DNA from: Narcine bancroftii
Lineage: Eukaryota
DNA length: 64,000 nucleotides
Direction of reading: 5' to 3'
Assembly (NCBI RefSeq): GCF_036971445.1
Contig: NC_091477.1
Location: 119,970,001 to 120,034,000, forward strand
The translations under genes and the position numbers were made by a program. Below, one piece after another: positions 1 through 12,540 of the stretch. The notes under the pieces were generated by a model that searched no databases, was not told the DNA's origin, and worked only from the letters and a program-made list of their open reading frames with translations. The first letter of the stretch is position 1. Every line of letters starts with the position of its first letter.

Positions 1-490
1 TCCAATATCGGGTACCTTGGCAGCCAGTTTGGAGCCAGTCTCCAGCACTACGTCGCACGGTCTGAATCCCAGGGCCACAGTGGCCAGCAGCCCGCCGCCT
101 GCATAGATATCTCTCATTGAGTCACCAACAGCTTGTGGATTCTTCAGCCTTAGAATTCCTCATTGGTCCGCCGCCGTGGTCACCGACCCCGTGGGGCGTC
201 TCCTCGGCTTCTCCTTCTCAGAATGGTCACACCGTTTTCTAGTGCCCTGTGCCTATCCTCTACTTCCTTGGAATCTGCAACACTTCGTGGCTGTTGCCTA
301 TCATGGGCGCTGCCATCTTGGTCGCAGACGCTGCAGTCGCGGGATTTCAAATAAAACCACCGTCGGATCCATTTATAGGCGGTTTAAAGCCTGTGCAGTG
401 ATCACAGCAGACGGGCTGGGCGGGTGTGACTCCGCTCATCGCTCTCTGCCGATCCGCACCAGCGACAGCGCTGCCACCACAACAGCTCCG
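1..490 (-). mobile_element. Non-coding interspersed retroposon (same family as 32040-32735, 42030-42205, 44240-44970)
   Basis: Reverse complement aligns by eye to 32150-32430 (cagccacga, ctgagaaggag, gctggagantggctcnaactggctg). Confidence 0.6.
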
Positions 491-742
491 GGAGCACCAT
501 CATTTTTCCTCTGCCCACCTACTCAACAGACTGAGAGAGGTGGGTATATTTAAACTGTTTATATAGCATTTCGACGGGTTCGTAGATAGGAAAGACTTGG
601 AGAGGTGGGGGCAAAGCCAGGAAAATGGGTCTAGTCTGGATAAATGTTTTGGCCGGCATGGATATTGGGCAGAAGGGTCTTGTTTCCGTTCTATGTCCCC
701 CAATCATTCTGATTCCATTTTCTATTGTGGTTGCTTTACCAG

Positions 743-1579
743 GTGAGCTATACGGCCACGTGCACATGCCTCAACAATAAGAGGGACTTTCCTTCCTTCT
801 TCAGAACGATTCCAAATGATTACTTCCAAGCCAAGGCGTTGGCGCAGCTGATCAAGACGTTTGGATGGACCTGGATTGGGACAGTTCGAAGCGACAACGA
901 TTACGGTAACTTTGGGATGCAGGCGTTCACAGAGGCGGTTCAACAGCTTGGAGTTTGCATTGCCTTCTCCGAGTCTTTCCACAGGACACATTCGAGAGAA
1001 AGATTACTTCACGTTATCCAAATCATACGGACATCCTCCACGAAAATAGTCGTCGCTTTTATCGATCCGAACGACATGGCCATCTTATTGAAGGAAATTG
1101 CCAGGCAAAATATATCTGGCATCCAGTGGGTGGGCAGTGAGGCGTGGATCGCCACTGCGCTTCTACCACCCGAAGAGAACAAGCAGTTTATTACAGGGGC
1201 CATCGGTGTTGCCGTGCGTCAAGTGAATATCCCAGGGTTCGAGGACTTTTTAACCCGTCTCCATCCATCCGACTATCCTGGTAACCTTTTAGTGGAAGCA
1301 TTTTGGGAAGAAACGTTCGGCTGTCGCCTTAAAAGGACGGAGCTCATCACAGGGAGCGCAACGTCGACCTCTCAGGCTCCTCAATGCACAGGAAGGGAGA
1401 GTCTACAAACTGTGTCCAACACCTACACGGATGCATCTCAGCTGAGGGTGACCAACAAAGTCTATGAGGCGACTTACGCCATAGCCCATGCGCTTCACAA
1501 TATGTTCACTTGTGAAAGCGGCAGAGGTCCGTTTGCCAATCGATCTTGCGCCAACACTACACATTTCCAGCCGTGGCAG
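743..1579 (+). CDS. V2R gene A exon 3 (Venus flytrap domain)
   Basis: Acceptor tttaccag|GTGAGC, donor TGGCAG|gtaggt; 837 nt, VSYTATC...FQPWQ. Confidence 0.95.
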
Positions 1580-4500
1580 GTAGGTGACTGTCCAGCTCTT
1601 ACAATAATTCATCCACAGTCTGATTTAAAATGCTGCTCTGGGTTAGGTCTGACATTTTTATTTCTCCGTGTCTCTTTACTGAAGGTTTTGCATTACCTGC
1701 AATCGATAGATTTCACAACTAAAGTCGGGGAGAGGGTACGGTTCAACGAAAACGAGGACTCCATGGCGACTTACGACATTGTCAACTGGCAGCTAAATGG
1801 TGAGGGGGAAGCGGTTGTTTTGATCGTTGGACGTTATGACGAATCGGCATCCCCAGAAAGACAGGTCACGATAAATGACGGATCGATTGTTTGGAGCGGC
1901 GGTGGCAGCGAGGTAATTAGTAATAACTTCACTCTTTTTAACAAGACAGTTTTGAAGATTTTAGTTGACGTAAATGTCCACTTACTTTCTGGAAGGTAGG
2001 AACACAGTAAGTTCGGGATGTACGGGAATTTATAAGTAATTCTCCTGGCGCCTGCTCTATCCAATTGGATAATGTCGAAAGCCAACATGAATCTGAAAGG
2101 CATAAATAAGATGGACAACCAGCGCCTTTTTTCCCCCAGGGCGGGAGTACCACACACCAGAAGACATCAGTACAAAATGGATGGAGGAAAGTTTAGGGAG
2201 GCATCAGGGGTGAGTTTTTAAACAGACATTTGAAGTTGCCTGGAATGCATTGCCAGGAGTGGTGATGGAAGCTGAACCATTTGGAGCATTTAAGAGACTC
2301 TTAATCAGGCACATGGACGAAAGAAATGTAAAGGGTTACGAGGCCTTTAAGGGTTCCATTTTTTAGGAATATGTAGGTCGGCACAACATTGAGGGACGAA
2401 GGTCCTGTACTGTGCTGTAGTGTTCTACGCTCTGTAAAATAGACGCTATTTCCTTGAATTCGTCCCGTGTCCTTTGATAATGAAATACGAGTCCCAATAT
2501 TTTAAAGCCTTAATTTTTCCTCCATTTCCCACAATTGTGAGGGAGAGAAATCAAGGTTTGAATTACTCTTTCTGTGTGAGGAAATATTCTCCCTGATTAT
2601 CCTCCGGAACGGACTCGATCTCATGATAGATATCACCATGACTGCACGTTCTACTTTTTGCAGCGAAATAAACGTGGGCTTTCATTTCGGACTGGGAGTG
2701 CAGGGGATTACCGGAGAGGAGATTGATTCGTGGCAGTTGTAGGGAATGGGAATAGCAACGAGGTAAAGTTTAGACGTTTCTCAGCAGCCACGCGAATGTG
2801 CAATGATTGGATGGATGGTGTGAGGTACAGGCGACATCGTGGACCTAAAAGGGAGGTTGTTATGTTGTAAGTACCACAAGGAAACTCCATCGCGTTTGTA
2901 GGGTGCAGCGAAATGAACAAAGAGAAATCGGTGACCATATATATTTCCCAAAAACGAAGCAGACATTAGCAGATGTCGAATTGCAACCATGAGCAGGAGT
3001 CTTAGATGTTATTATTCACCAACATAAAACGCAGAGGTTTGTCCGGACAATAACCAGGGAGACGCCTGATTACTCAAGAAAGAGATATTGCTAAAAATTA
3101 TGATCACGGCTGATTTGCACTTGTACTTTCGTGGAAAGCTCTGCATATCAAGGTGCACGTCAGAGCAAGTAAGTTATGAAAATGTCCTATGACATTTCTT
3201 TGAAAAATGCGACATTGACGCCTCGTTCTTTTCCACTAGGTCCCTCGGGCAGTTTGTTCCAACAGCTGTTCACCTGGTACAAGAAAAGCATCTCGCAGGG
3301 GGCAGCCCATTTGTTGCTTTGATTGCCTCCCGTGCGCCGAGGGGGAAATCAGTAACACCACAGGTTTGTATAAGTTGTATCCATCCCCACTCTATCCAAC
3401 AGACCACCGACCCTCCTTTGTGCAGTACCATCAGCAGGGGCTTCCACGATTCCCCTCCTTCTCCCATTTTTTTTCTCCTGTCCTGTCCAAAGCTTTCATC
3501 TTTAGACCTGTCTTTTTCATATTTTTGATGGAGGGATCGGACCCGAAACATAGATTACCCTTTCATTCGAGTGAATGCTGCGTGGCCTGTGGACATATGT
3601 GCATTGTACAAATCTCTATTTCCTTCCTTTTATTCAGGATGATCCAATCTCTACACAAAGTCCGTTGTTCTTCAACGCTCCCACCACCCCCCCCCCCACC
3701 CCACCCCAATCCAGCTGCCAGTTCTGACCGCTCCACTTTCCTTGGAACTGCCTCTTCCCCCTCTTCTGTCGAGCCTGAAACAGGTTTTCGATCTGACCGG
3801 TTGGCTACCTAATTCCATCCATGAGTCTCTCCAGCTCTTTTTTTTTGGCCCCGGATACCAGCTCCCTCTTGCATCTGCTTAATTTTAGTTATTAGCGGGC
3901 GTCCTCAGATTTAAGACTATTTATTTTCTTCATTCAAGATTCGATTGACTGCAGTAGATGCCCCGACGATTTCTGGTCCAATGCTCGGCAGGACCAGTGC
4001 ATTCTAAAGCAAATTGACTACCTCTCATTTGTCGAGGTCATGGGGATCATTCTGACCTTTCTAGCGATGATTGGAGCTTGCTTCGCTGCAACTGTTGGTG
4101 GTATTTTCATGCGTTACAAAGACACTCCGATCGTCAAAGCCAACAATTCGGAACTCAGCTTCCTCCTTATCGTCGCCCTGGCCCTTTGCTTCCTCTGTTC
4201 AATTGCATTCATTGGTGAACCCACTGCATGGTCTTGCATGTTGCGCCACACATTGTTCGGTATCAGTTTTGTCCTCTGCCTTTCCTGTGTTTTGGGAAAA
4301 ACTATTGTTGTGGTCCTGGCATTTCAGGCAAAGCTCCCCAGCGACAACGTGACCAGATGGTTTGGTCCTGTTCAACAACGTCTGACTGTCTGTCTTCTTA
4401 CTCTAGTACAGTGCTTGATATGCACCGTCTGGCTGATCAAATCACCGCCCCTTCCTGTCAAAAACATGGAATTATTTAAAGATGTGACCCTCCTGGAATG

Positions 4501-4843
4501 TGACGTAGGATCTGATGTTGCATTTTATTGTGTCCTCGGTTACATTGCCTGTCTGTCATTGGTTAGCGTTATGGTCGCATTTCTAGCGCGAAACCTGCCG
4601 GATAATTTCAACGAGGCCAAATACATCTCATTCAGTATGCTCATATTCTGCGCCGTCTGGATATCTTTCTTTCCAGCCTATATCAGTTCTCCCGGGAAAT
4701 TCACCGTGGCCGTGGAAGTCTTCGCTATCTTGGCGTCCAGTTTTGGTTTGCTTTTCTGTATTTTTGCCCCGAAATGTTACATCATATTGTTCAAGCCGGA
4801 GAGAAATACAAAGAAACATTTAATGGGTAAAGTGGCTTCTTAA
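743..4843 (+). CDS. V2R/OlfC-type class C GPCR, gene A (5'-partial): join(743..1579,1685..1912,3240..3363,3939..4843); exons 1-2 lie upstream of the window
   Basis: Venus flytrap motifs ([29 protein letters not shown]), cysteine-rich domain ([13 protein letters not shown]) and 7TM ([25 protein letters not shown]). All junctions GT-AG; exons 837/228/124/905 nt stay in frame. Confidence 0.95.
1685..1912 (+). CDS. V2R gene A exon 4
   Basis: Acceptor ctgaag|GTTTTG, donor AGCGAG|gtaatt; 228 nt, VLHYL...YDIVNWQ...WSGGGSE. Confidence 0.93.
2040..2435 (+). mobile_element. CR1-type LINE 3' fragment
   Basis: 3'-end motifs (gcctggaatgcattgccagg...ggtcctgtactgtgctgtagtgttcta) repeated many times in the window. 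Confidence 0.6.
3240..3363 (+). CDS. V2R gene A exon 5 (cysteine-rich domain)
   Basis: Acceptor ccactag|GTCCCT, donor CCACAG|gtttgt; 124 nt, [41 protein letters not shown]. Confidence 0.93.
3939..4843 (+). CDS. V2R gene A exon 6 (7TM domain)
   Basis: Acceptor ttcaag|ATTCGATT; 905 nt to TAA; seven hydrophobic helices with class C motifs. Confidence 0.95.
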
Positions 4844-4987
4844 AAGCTTTCAATAGCGTTGAAGAAGCCTACTTTAGATTTTTAAAATTAGTTATTTTGT
4901 TTTACTTTATAAAGTTTAATGCCATCGAGGATTGTATTTGAGGGATCTTATCAATTCATTTTTAATGCATTTCTGTTGTTGCTCGGG

Positions 4988-4993
4988 AATAAA
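4988..4993 (+). promoter_or_regulatory. Candidate polyadenylation signal of gene A
   Basis: First AATAAA about 145 nt after the stop, in AT-rich sequence. Confidence 0.5.
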
Positions 4994-6644
4994 TATTTTA
5001 GTTCGTTCCCACTGTTGAGACGTGTATACTTTCTTTCGTTATAGTTGGATACATCAATCAAACGTTGGGAAAAGTATGCATTGCCTGAAATGGCGGGAGA
5101 ACGACATTTAACATCATATTTCAAAATGTATTGGATTGATAATTGGAAAGATAAGCATTATTTTTAAGGCAGCGGGACTAAATGAATATCCCTTTAAAAG
5201 TCCGAGGATAAATACAAAGTTAGGAACGATCCGTGATTTTTTTTTTACTCCACATGTAGAAGGTTCATACTATATATTAGACCGCCCAATATTTCCTTGC
5301 AGTCCAAGTTTCCTACCTAAGCTAGTTCCATTAGCATGCATTTAGCCCGTATCTAAACCCTTCCAATCCTTGAACCTGTCCAAATGACATAAACATTGCC
5401 ACCTTTACTGCATGCTGTGGAACTCGTTCCAAACCAAAATGTGTAAAAGGCTGGTTCTCAGGTTCCCGTTTAAAACTTAACTGTCCTTTAAATCAATACC
5501 TGAGGAAAAAAAATTGAGCACTCACCATAACCATGCCCCCCTCATGACATAAATTTCTACAATTCACATTGACACCCAAGGAATGTGGAATCTTCATCCT
5601 GTCCAGTCTCTTCTTCTTACTCTCCCATCAGAGTGCTATCCGTTTTAACAGTGTACCCTCTCCCCTATCACATCATCTTTTTTTTTCTCTTCTACCCTCC
5701 CAACTATTACGTCTTACCTGTTGCCTATGTTCCACATCTTCCCCCACCTCGCTTCTCTTTTCTCCTCATCACCCCTCACCCATCATTTCAGTCAGGTGTC
5801 TGACTGGTTGTGCACATTTCTGGCAAAGAGCACAGGCCAGAGACATTGACTATAGATGCTGTGTTATCTGCTGAGCTCCTCCAGCAATTGTGTGCCATTC
5901 TCTTCATTTAACTCAAGCCCTCCAGTCACAGTATTCCTTCTACACCCTTTTCCAACTTCACCACAACATTCCTACATCTACGTGACCATAGGTGCACGCA
6001 TGGCCTTGTCCAGTTGTAACATGACATCTAAGATTTTTTTGTAAATGTCCTGACGAAAGAATGCAAGCAGCCTGATTACCCATATTGCCACTTTGTTGGA
6101 ACAACTTGTAGCACGAGGTCTTCCTGCTGTACAATACTCTCCAGGTGGACAAAGTAAGTGGCTCCCCTTGCCACCTTCTGTTTATAGCCTACCCCAGATT
6201 AAGATTCCAACTGCAACACATTGATCCTTTCTCTTGTTATATTTTTCCACAATATATAGGAGGTGGCAGGGGGAGGAGAAAGGGAGACGTGGTAGAAAGG
6301 GAAATGGAGAAAAAGGTTGAAGGATGGAGGGACAAGGAGTATGGATGGACAAAGCCTATATAGACCTGTGGTGCTACTGATCTTGCCTTCGGTGCACTGT
6401 CGCCAATCAAGAAACAAATAAGCTGCCCCTTGCGAGCTTCTTTCCAAATATATTTTGGGATCTCCATTTGCCATCCTGTTCTCCATCTCAAGTGATCTTC
6501 TGGATCTACCAACATCTTCTACAGTTGGTGCTTGCATCCCACATTCTGTATTCAATACCCGGATAGCTGTCAAGTTAGTAAGAACCTCACTGGCGGGAAA
6601 TGAACAACGAACAATGAATATTGTCTCATGACATTCAACATAAA

Positions 6645-9200
6645 ATATAGAAAATAGAAAATAACCGCACAGTGCAGGCCCTTCTGCCCTCGACATTGTG
6701 CCTACCTATATATTCCTGCCAAAAATTAAGGAACCTTTTGCATGTCATTACTCTCTATTTTACTTTTATCCATGTGCCTCTTAAATGCCCATAATGGTTC
6801 AACCGCCAACACCACCCCGGCAAGGAATGCCAACCATCCACAACTCTCTGTGTGAAACAACGTACCCCTGATGTTTGCCCTAAACCTTCCTCCTGTCATT
6901 ATGTACAGCTGTCCTCTGATGCTTGCTATTCATCCCCTGGCAGAAAGCCACTGGTGAAAACCTTATCTGTGCCTTTAAGAATTATTAAGTTTGCTCTCAT
7001 CCTTCTTCGACCAAAAAGGAAAAGTCTCAGATCTGTTAAACTTGCCTCATAAGACCAATTTTCCAATCGAGAAAACATCTTGGTAAATATCCTCTGCACC
7101 TTCTCCATAACTTCCACATCCTTCATATAAGGGGGTAATCAGAATTGAACACAATATTAAACACAAGTGTGGTCTCACCAGAGATTTGTGGAGTTGCAAC
7201 ATGACCTCTCTACTCTTAAACTCAATGCCCCTATTAATGAAGCCCAGCATCCCATCGGCCTTCTTAACTCTCTTAGCAAACTACATGGCAACTTTGAGAG
7301 ATGTATAGATTTGGACCCCACGATCCCTCTGTTCATCCAGACTGTTAGGAATCCGATGATTAATCCGGTTCTTAGTCTCTGGTTTGACCTTCCAAAATGC
7401 ATAACTTCACACATATCCATATTGGACTCCATCTTCCACTTTTCCACATAGCTCTGCATCCTATCTACATACTTTGGTGACATATGGCAAGCTTCAGCGC
7501 TATCTACCACTCCTTTAATCTTTGTATCACCCCCAAACTTACTGAGCCATCTTTCTACTTCTTTTTCTAGGTCATTTATAAAATTTACAAAGAGCAGGGG
7601 TCCCAAAACAGAAACCTGCAGATCTCCATTATTCACTGACATCCAGGCAGAATGCATTCTGTCTGTTACTACTCTCTGCTTTCTACATACAAGCCAATTT
7701 TAATCCACAGAGCAATTTATCCAATATTTCTTGACTTTCTCAATGAGTCTCTCATGGGGGACCTTGTCAAATGCTTTACTAACATCCATGTAACCTCCCT
7801 ACCTTCATCAATTTCTCCTGTTACCTCCTCAAATTTAGGCTCGTGAGGCACGACTTTCCCATCACAAAGACATGCTTACTATCCCTGAGTAGACAGCACT
7901 TCTCCAAATGGTCATAAATCTTACACTTCAGAATGCTCTCCAATAGGTTTTACACAACTGATATAAGACTCACTGGTCTGTAATTCCCAGGATTTTCCCA
8001 GTTACCTTTTTTAACAAGGGGACTACATTTACCATTGTCCAATATTCCAGCACGACCCTTGAGGCCAATGAGGACTCAAATACAGCCAAAGTCCCACCTA
8101 TCTCTTCCCTCCTTTCCCTTAGAACCTTGGGGTATATTGTGTCCGGCCCCTCCGACTTATCATTCACAATATTTTTTTTAATAAGATCCAACACTTCCTC
8201 TTCTTTAGATTTAACATCAACCAGTGTACAAGCTTGTTCTATACCGATTTCACCTTGATCAGGGTTCTTTTCCCTGGTAAATAGTGAAGCAAAGTATTCA
8301 TTTATGACCTTTTCAATCTCGTCTGCCTCCAGGTACATGTTGCCGCTATCAACCTTAAGCGGCCCCACCTTCATTCTTGTCATCCTTCTCATATTCAAGT
8401 ACTCATAGAATGCATTGGGGTTCTCCTTAATCCTACTTTACAAGGTCTTCTTGTGCTTCCCTCGGACTAATTTGTCCTTCCTAGCTACCATATAATTCTC
8501 ATGAGCCCTTAATGTTTCCTGCTTCCTAAATCTAATATTATTCTTATTATTGTTAACTTGCTGCTTCGCCTGTTTTGTCAACCACAATGCCCTCTTCCTA
8601 ATATCTTTTCACTCAGTGGATAAATCTGTCCTGAACCTAGCTCAAGTGGTCCCTAAATATTTTCTACATAATGGTGGTGCTTTCTCCCGTGAACACCTGT
8701 TCCCAGTTTGCTGTCACTAATTCTGCCTCATTCTATTATAATTATCCCTACCACGATTAAACACTTTTCTATTTTGTTTGCATTTATCCTTGTCTATAGT
8801 TATGCTAAAGTTTAGGATCTTAAGATCATCATTAACAAAATGCTCCCCCACTGAGAGGTCAGCCACGAGACCAGGTCCATTACCCGGTTCTAGGTCCTGT
8901 TTGGCCTCTCCTCTATTTGGCTGGTCCACATACTTTGTAAGGAATCTTTCTTGGGCGCACATGACAAATTCTATGACAACTATTCCTCTTGTAGTCATAG
9001 GCTGTCAGTCAATATTAGGGAAGTTGAATTCTCCCATAACAACAACCCTCTAATTTCTGCTCCATTCTGAAAGCTGCCTGCTTGTCTTTTCCTCGCTATT
9101 TCTAGGAATAATTGGGGGAATAGACTCCTCTCAGTAAATGATTTCCCATTTCCTATTTCAGGCCTCCACCTACACTGATTCAATAGATACTTTCTGATAC
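6645..9200 (-). mobile_element. Degraded CR1-type LINE (ORF2 endonuclease/RT fragments)
   Basis: Minus-strand fragments SVLGPLLFVNFINDL, KFGGDTKI, MLGFINRGIEFKSREVMLQLHKSLVRPHL, GPDTIYPKVLRE, NVVPLLKK; many frameshifts. Confidence 0.85.
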
Positions 9201-10245
9201 TTATAGAGACCTATAAGAGAAATGGAATGGTCAAGAGTCATTTGAAATTTTATACTAACAGTGGGCTCCATATTTCAGAAAATGTAAGATATTTATCTCT
9301 TAAATTATAAGTAATCTTCTCAAGTGGAATACAACTCCGAACTTCTGCAAGCCATCTATCCATTCCCAAATCACTATCGGACATCCAAGTTATAGCAAAA
9401 CATTTTATACCTTACCAACATCTTGTACAGCTGCAGTATAATATCCCAATTGCAGTACCCTGTCCAATGAAGGCAAGCACGCCTAATATGATCTTCACCA
9501 CCCTGTTGACCCATGTCACTGCCTTCAGGGAATGATCCACATGAACCCCTAAGTCTCTCTGTTCTATAGAAACCTTTGAATCTCTATAATTCACTGTCTC
9601 GTTTGTTCTATTACCATGTAAGTTTGATTGAAGCGATGAGCAAAAGCAAAACCTGCTTCTTTTGTCCTCTTCCTAGGATGAACATTTCACACATTTACTG
9701 TTCATTTATTAGTAATTATCAACATGCGAATGATAACAAATAAGAGCAGGAGGAGGACAACCGATCCATTGAGTCTGCTCCACCATTTCACAAGATCATT
9801 GTTGATCTGGCCATGGTCTCAAATCCACCTACCTCCCTTGTTCCCATAATCCTTAATTCTATGGCTCATTGAAAATATATCGATCCACTTTTTCAATATA
9901 TTCAACGAGGCAGACACTTACACAGATTCACATTCTCTTGGAAAAGCAGTTCCTCCTCCTCTATATCTTGTATTTGATCAATGGAATCTTGACATGATGT
10001 CCCTTCGCCTTGGTCTCAATGCCAGTGGAAACAACTTCCCTGCCTCAATTTCATCGCCTCCTTTCACAAGGTAATTTTTTTCTATGGGATCCACAGTAAT
10101 TTTTTTTAGAAAATCAAGGTAAAATAACATTTAATTACTACTGCAAATGATGCACATCTCCAGCCCAGTTAACGTTTAAAATGTTCTAAGTAAGGAGATT
10201 AAAAAACATCTGTACCCCTTGAAATGCCCTTGTACTGTTCAGCTG

Positions 10246-11600
10246 TTTCTTTGGCTTGGCTTCGCGGATGAAGATTTATGGAGGAGTAATGTCCACGTCA
10301 ACTGCTGGCTCGTTTGTGGCTGACAAGTCCGATGCGGGACAGGCAGACACGGTTGCAGCGGTTGCAAGGGAAAATTGGTTGGTTGGGGTTGGGTGTTGGG
10401 TTTTTCCTCCTTTGTCTTTTGTCAGTGAGGTGGGCTCTGCGGTCTTCTTCAAAGGAGGTTGCTGCCCACCGAACTGTGAGGCGCCAAGATGCAAGGTTTG
10501 AGGTGATATCAGCCCACTGGCGATGGTGAATGTGGCAGGCACCAAGAGCTTTCTTTAAGCAGTCCTTGTACCTCTTCTTTGCTGCACCTCTATCTCGGTG
10601 GCCGGTGGAGAGTTTGCCATATAACACGATCTTGGGAAGGCGATGGTCCTCCATTCTGGAGACGTGACCTACCCAGCGCAGTTGGATCTTCAGCAGCGTG
10701 GATTCGATGCTGTCGGCCTCTGCCATCTCGAGTACTTCAATGTTGGAGATGAAGTCACTCCAATAAATGTTGAGGATGGAACGGAGACAACGCTGGAGGA
10801 AGCATTCTAGGAGCTGTAGGTTATGCCGGTAAAGGACCCATGATTCGGAGCTGAACAGGAGTGTGGGTATGACAACGGCTCTGTATACGCTAATCTTTGT
10901 GAGGTTTTTCAGTTGGTTGTTTTTCCAGACTCTTTTGTGTAGTCTTCCGAAGGCACTCTTTGCCTTGGCGAGTCTGTTGTCTATCTCGTTGTCGATTCTT
11001 GCATCCGATGAAATGGTGCAGCCGAGATAGGTAAACTGGTTGACCGTTTTGAGTTTTGTGTGCCCGATGGAGATATGGTGGGGGGGGGGGGTGCTGGTTG
11101 TCATGGTGGGGAGCTGGCTGATGGAGGACCTCAGTTTTCTTCAGGCTGACTTCCAGGCCAAACATTTTGGCAGTTTCCGCAAAACAGGACGTCAAGCGCT
11201 GAAGAGCTGGCTCTGAATGGGCAACTAAAGTGGCATCATCTGCAAAGAGTAGTTCATGGACAAGTTGCTCTTGTGTCTTGGTGTGAGCTTGCAGGCGCCT
11301 CAGATTGAAGAGACTGCCATCCGTGCGGTACCGGATGGAAACAGCATCTTCATTGTTGAGGTCTTTCATGGCTTGGTTCAGCATCATGCTGAAGAAGATT
11401 GAAAAGAGGGTTGGTGCGAGAACGCAGCCTTGCTTCACGCCATTGTTAATGGAGAAGGGTTCAGAGAGCTCATTGCTGTATCTGACCCGACCTTGTTGGC
11501 TTTCGTGCAGTTGGATAATCATGTTGAGGAACTTTGGGGGGCATCCGAGGCGCTCTAGTATTTGCCAAAGCCCTTTCCTGCTCACGGTGTCGAAGGCTTT
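10246..11600 (-). mobile_element. RTE-clade LINE, 5'-truncated, young copy
   Basis: ORFs 10890..11627 (KAFDTV, GVKQGCVLAPTLF, LLFADD) and 10298..11104 (FTYLG, LRWVGHVSRM, C-terminal CNRC..H..C); one frameshift at the G-run near 11085. Confidence 0.92.
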
Positions 11601-12270
11601 GACACTATGTGATACTATACTCTGCACTCTTATTTTTCTTGTATTCCTACATTTTTATTCTTACACCATCTGCGGTATGAGTTGACATGAATGGATATCA
11701 TGCAAAAAAAACCCCAAAGCAGGTAACTATGAACAGTTCAATGCAATTCAATGTTCCTGTAACCTCCGGTTGGCCTTTCTGTTAACTACAATCTAAGTTA
11801 GTTCAATCGCTCATTGAAGTCCTGATAGCGCAATTTTACATTTGCGACAGATGAACTAATGTATCCATTCTCGGGGTCTCAGGGAGAAATATTGAGCCTT
11901 CCAGGAATGTCCTGCATTTTTGGGGGAAGGATAGAACCAGAAAGCCAGGGGTTTGGACTATGTATCCAGACTAATCTATTCACTGAGTTCGAGAAGGTTT
12001 TTCGGAAATGTGTTGGATCAGATCTCGTTCTCTCTTCCGTAATATTTATCAGGTAAAGCAAGCAATATATTTATTTTAATCGATAGGTCTTCTCATAATT
12101 CATTACCTGACTTGATGTCCCAGCTGAGAAAACTGCTTGAGGCACGAGATCCCCAAAGGCATCTCTTGCAGTTTAGACAGATGAGCAATAGACGACATCA
12201 CTTTGGGATTTCCAGAGATGGGTCCAAATCGATTAACCTGTTACAGATCCACGTGTGGATATTATCGGCC

Positions 12271-12278
12271 TATTTAAA
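12271..12278 (+). promoter_or_regulatory. TATA-like box upstream of V2R gene B
   Basis: TATTTAAA about 60 nt upstream of ATG 12332. Confidence 0.4.
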
Positions 12279-12331
12279 GCGTCAAATTTGCCCCAGTGTT
12301 TATTAAACGCCGTGCCATTCCATACACTGTA

Positions 12332-12540
12332 ATGTATCACCTGTTTCGATGGATGGTTTACATTGCTCTCCCGTTCCTGGGAGCAGGTGAGTCGACTTGT
12401 AAACTTTTCGGAGAGTTTCACTTACCTGTCCTGCATGAGGATGGAGACATTGTCATTGGAGGTGTATTTCCCATCTATAACAAGGCTTTGGAGGAAGAGC
12501 CGACTTTTAAAAGCAAACCGGTCCCTTCACGTTGCGTCAG
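12332..12540 (+). CDS. V2R gene B exon 1
   Basis: [23 protein letters not shown]...[10 protein letters not shown]; donor GTCAG|gtgagg, phase 2. Confidence 0.88.

Noticed and set aside
725-1999. Single 424-aa ORF as a stand-alone gene
   Set aside because: It is exon 3, a stop-free intron and exon 4 of gene A plus intronic flanks; the start is a GTG inside the acceptor region
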